DNA from: Dimorphilus gyrociliatus
Taxonomy: Eukaryota; Animalia; Annelida
Reading direction: 5' to 3'
DNA: 64,000 nt
Assembly: GCA_904063045.1 (NCBI GenBank)
Contig: CAJFCJ010000010.1
Location: 1,426,001 to 1,490,000 of the forward strand
The position numbers and the translations under genes are program-made. Shown here in pieces: positions 61,465 through 64,000 of the stretch (position 1 is the stretch's first letter; each line of letters starts with the position of its first letter). Under the pieces are notes generated by a model, which was given only the letters and a program-made list of their open reading frames with translations, made no database searches and had not been told where the DNA came from.

Positions 61465-64000
61465 ATGCCTTTCCGCATCATATTCTTAGCGTTCTTATTA
61501 TGTAAGCAGTTTAAAAATCTCTATTTTACAATAAAAATATAACTTTATTCTAAATTTCGTTTTGGCAGTTCAAACAGTAGTAACTTTTGAATTAATATGG
61601 GGAGAAAATAATTCAAACAACTACAATTTTCCTATAGAAAATGCCGTTGGTTCTGGAAGTGATAATGAAGTAATACTGTAAATATGTTACATGTTATTTG
61701 TGGCTTTTCTTTTTTAGAACTTTATAACTTCATTTATAACCCAGACCAGAAAAAGGTAAGGATCCTGGAGACGAACTGGACAGTCTAAAGAAAGTTCTTG
61801 ACAGAGAGTTTGATAAAACTTTGATAAAAGATACAAAACAAGATGTTGTGATACCTCCACAAACACCTAAAGAAGATACCATTCAAGATGTAGTGGTACC
61901 TCCCCAGAAACCTAAAGAGGATACTATTCAAGATGTAGTGGTACCTCCCCAAAAGCCTAAAGAAGATACTATTCAAGATGTTGTGGTACCTCCACAAAAG
62001 CCAAAAGAAGATACTATTCAAGATGTTGTGGTACCTCCCCAGAAGCCTAAAGAAGATACTATTCAAGACGTAGTGGTACCTCCCCAAAAGCCTAAAGAGG
62101 ATACTATTCAAGATGTTGTGGTACCTCCCCAGAAACCTAAAGAAGATACCATTCAAGATGTAGTAGTACCTCCCCAAAAGCCTAAAGAAGATACCATTCA
62201 AGATGTAGTGGTACCTCCCCAGAAGCCTAAAGAAGATACTATTCAAGATGTAATTGCTCCTCCGCAAAAGCCTATAGAAGATACCATTCAAGATGTAGTG
62301 GTACCTCCCCAGAAACCTAAAGAAGATATTATTCAAGATGTAGTGGTACCTCCCCAGAAACCTAAAGAAGATACTATTCAAGATGTTGTGGTACCTCCAA
62401 AAAAGCCAAAAGAAGATACTATTCAAGATGTTGTGGTACCTCCCCAGAAGCCTAAAGAAGATACTATTCAAGACGTAGTGGTACCTCCCCAAAAGCCTAA
62501 AGAGGATACCATTCAAGATGTAGTGGTACCTCCCCAAAAGCCAAAAGAAGATACTATTCAAGATGTACTGGTACCTCCCCAAAAGCCTAAAGAGGATACC
62601 ATTCAAGATGTAGTAGTACCTCCCCAAAAGCCAAAAGAAGATACTATTCAAGATGTAGTGGTACCTCCCCAGAAACCTAAAGAAGATACTATTCAAGATG
62701 TAGTGGTACCTCCCCAAAAGCCTAAAGAAGATACTATTCAAGATGTAGTAGTACCTCCCCAAAAGCCAAAAGAAGATACTATTCAAGATGTAGTGGTACC
62801 TCCCCAGAAACCTAAAGAAGATACTATTCAAGATGTAGTGGTACCTCCCCAAAAGCCTAAAGAAGATACTATTCAAGATGTAGTAGTACCTCCCCAAAAG
62901 CCAAAAGAAGATACTATTCAAGATGTAGTGGTACCTCCCCAGAAACCTAAAGAGGATACCATTCAAGATGTAGTGGTACCTCCCCAAAAGCCTATAGAAG
63001 ATACCATTCAAGATGTAGTGGTACCTCCCCAAAAGCCTAAAGAGGATACCATTCAAGATGTAGTGGTACCTCCCCAAAAGCCACAAGAAGACACTATTCA
63101 AGAAACAACTACAGCTGCCATGAAGATCACGACACAAACTACCGAAAGAACCACCAGTCAGACGACGAAGAGAATCACTAGAAGAACCACAAAGAAGACT
63201 AGAATTACTAGAAAACCTGGTATAAATATTGAAAAAAATATGTTACATACTATATATCTTTTTCATAATTAGCTTATAAAAACATTTGCAAGTATGATGT
63301 AAAAGGAAAAGCTGGAAACACTGACTCATTTGTTTTGACTCTTTTGAAGTATATTAATCTATATAGAAGTCGGCAAAGATCAAGTAATATGCACAAATTG
63401 GTAATTCTAAATTTTGATTACAATTTTACAATTTTTGAGATTCATTTAAATGTGTTTATAGGAATGGAATGCAACATTAGCTTGTGATGCCAAAAAGACT
63501 TCAAGGCTCTGCCGAAAAGGATGGGCAAGAAATTATATGCAGGTAAGAAATTTGCTTGTTTTTGATTATATGTTCAAGAAACTAACTATACTCTTAATCA
63601 CAAATCATGAAATAGATGACAGATCGAGTAACTGATGCAGAGAGCTACTTTCCATCATCGGTTAACAAGTTTTCGGATAGTAGGATAATGAACAAGTTTC
63701 TCTATTATCGCATAACTCAGCGCTGGTTTAAATATGAACAAGAAAGCTATGATTATGTAACAGGAAGGTGCAGAAGAAACTGCGATAGATATAAAACAGT
63801 AACTTTTTTTGTATATTCTAAACTTCTGACTGATAAAAGTTTTTAAACAATCTATTCGGGAATAGCTTACTTTGGCTTCGGCAACTGAGATTGGATGCGC
63901 ATGGAATTTATGTCGTAGAAGTGGAGGAAAGTCAGATTTTTTTCTTGTATGTAATCTGACACCTGATTCAAATATAAAAAAGTATCCTAAACATCCTTTA
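61465..64000 (+). CDS. Secreted protein: signal peptide, 28x15-aa Pro/Val/Lys/acidic repeat, Thr-rich linker, divergent CAP (SCP/PR-1) domain; 3' end outside window
   Basis: Exon 1 MPFRIIFLAFLL (donor at ~61502). The repeat exon contains the 61821-63272 ORF. Downstream exons read LLKYINLYRS, EWNATLA, QRWFKYEQESYDYVTGRCRRNCDRYKT|LTLASATEIGCAWNLC...FLVCNLTPDSN, matching the CAP W..E...YdY...C...C and iGCa...C...lVCnY.P pattern. Confidence 0.75.
61830..63089 (+). repeat. Coding minisatellite: 28 tandem 45-bp units (DTIQDVVVPPQKPKE)
   Basis: 1260 bp = 28 x 45. Unit consensus GATACTATTCAAGATGTAGTGGTACCTCCCCAAAAGCCTAAAGAA. Variation is mainly at third codon positions. Confidence 0.97.

Noticed and set aside
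61785-63137. 450-aa minus-strand ORF (LLGRYHYILNSIFF repeats)
   Set aside because: Antisense shadow of the 45-bp coding minisatellite. Variation is synonymous in the plus frame, and only the plus strand has signal-peptide and CAP exons.

Overview
This is AT-rich, very gene-dense animal DNA with mostly ~50-90 bp GT-AG introns. The ORF track therefore shows exon fragments, and I joined exons by eye. The architecture and gene content suggest a compact-genome lophotrochozoan, possibly a Dimorphilus-like annelid (inference only). I can support 21 protein-coding genes. In order: centrin-like EF-hand (3' part), ACAP ArfGAP (with a deleted IR/DR Tc1 element in an intron), CCDC146, PIGA, ANKRD49, RER1, a Bmt2-type methyltransferase, a non-RD kinase, ST7, a divergent eIF5A paralog, CYP20A1, canonical eIF5A, PDHB, CCT6, an IRF with an inverted domain layout, a NWD-type NACHT-WD40 protein, two small secreted-peptide precursors, SAC1, mTOR, ZFPL1, a NEPRO-like gene, and a secreted 28x15-aa repeat/CAP-domain protein that runs off the window. 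The best leads are absent from the ORF track. Two co-oriented, spliced prepropeptide genes sit in the apparent 42.7-46.7 kb gap: one encodes two copies of WLDNTL-amide, the other a KR-released 34-aa peptide with a C-X4-C-X8-C-X4-C frame. Other notable leads are an eIF5A paralog with an EF-P/archaeal-like PGKHG loop and a possible mitochondrial-type presequence, an IRF with repressor motifs in front of a C-terminal DNA-binding domain, and a NACHT protein with degenerate Walker A/B motifs and a CaaX tail. Family assignments come from remembered motifs, not database searches. Gene coordinates span first to last coding base, including introns.
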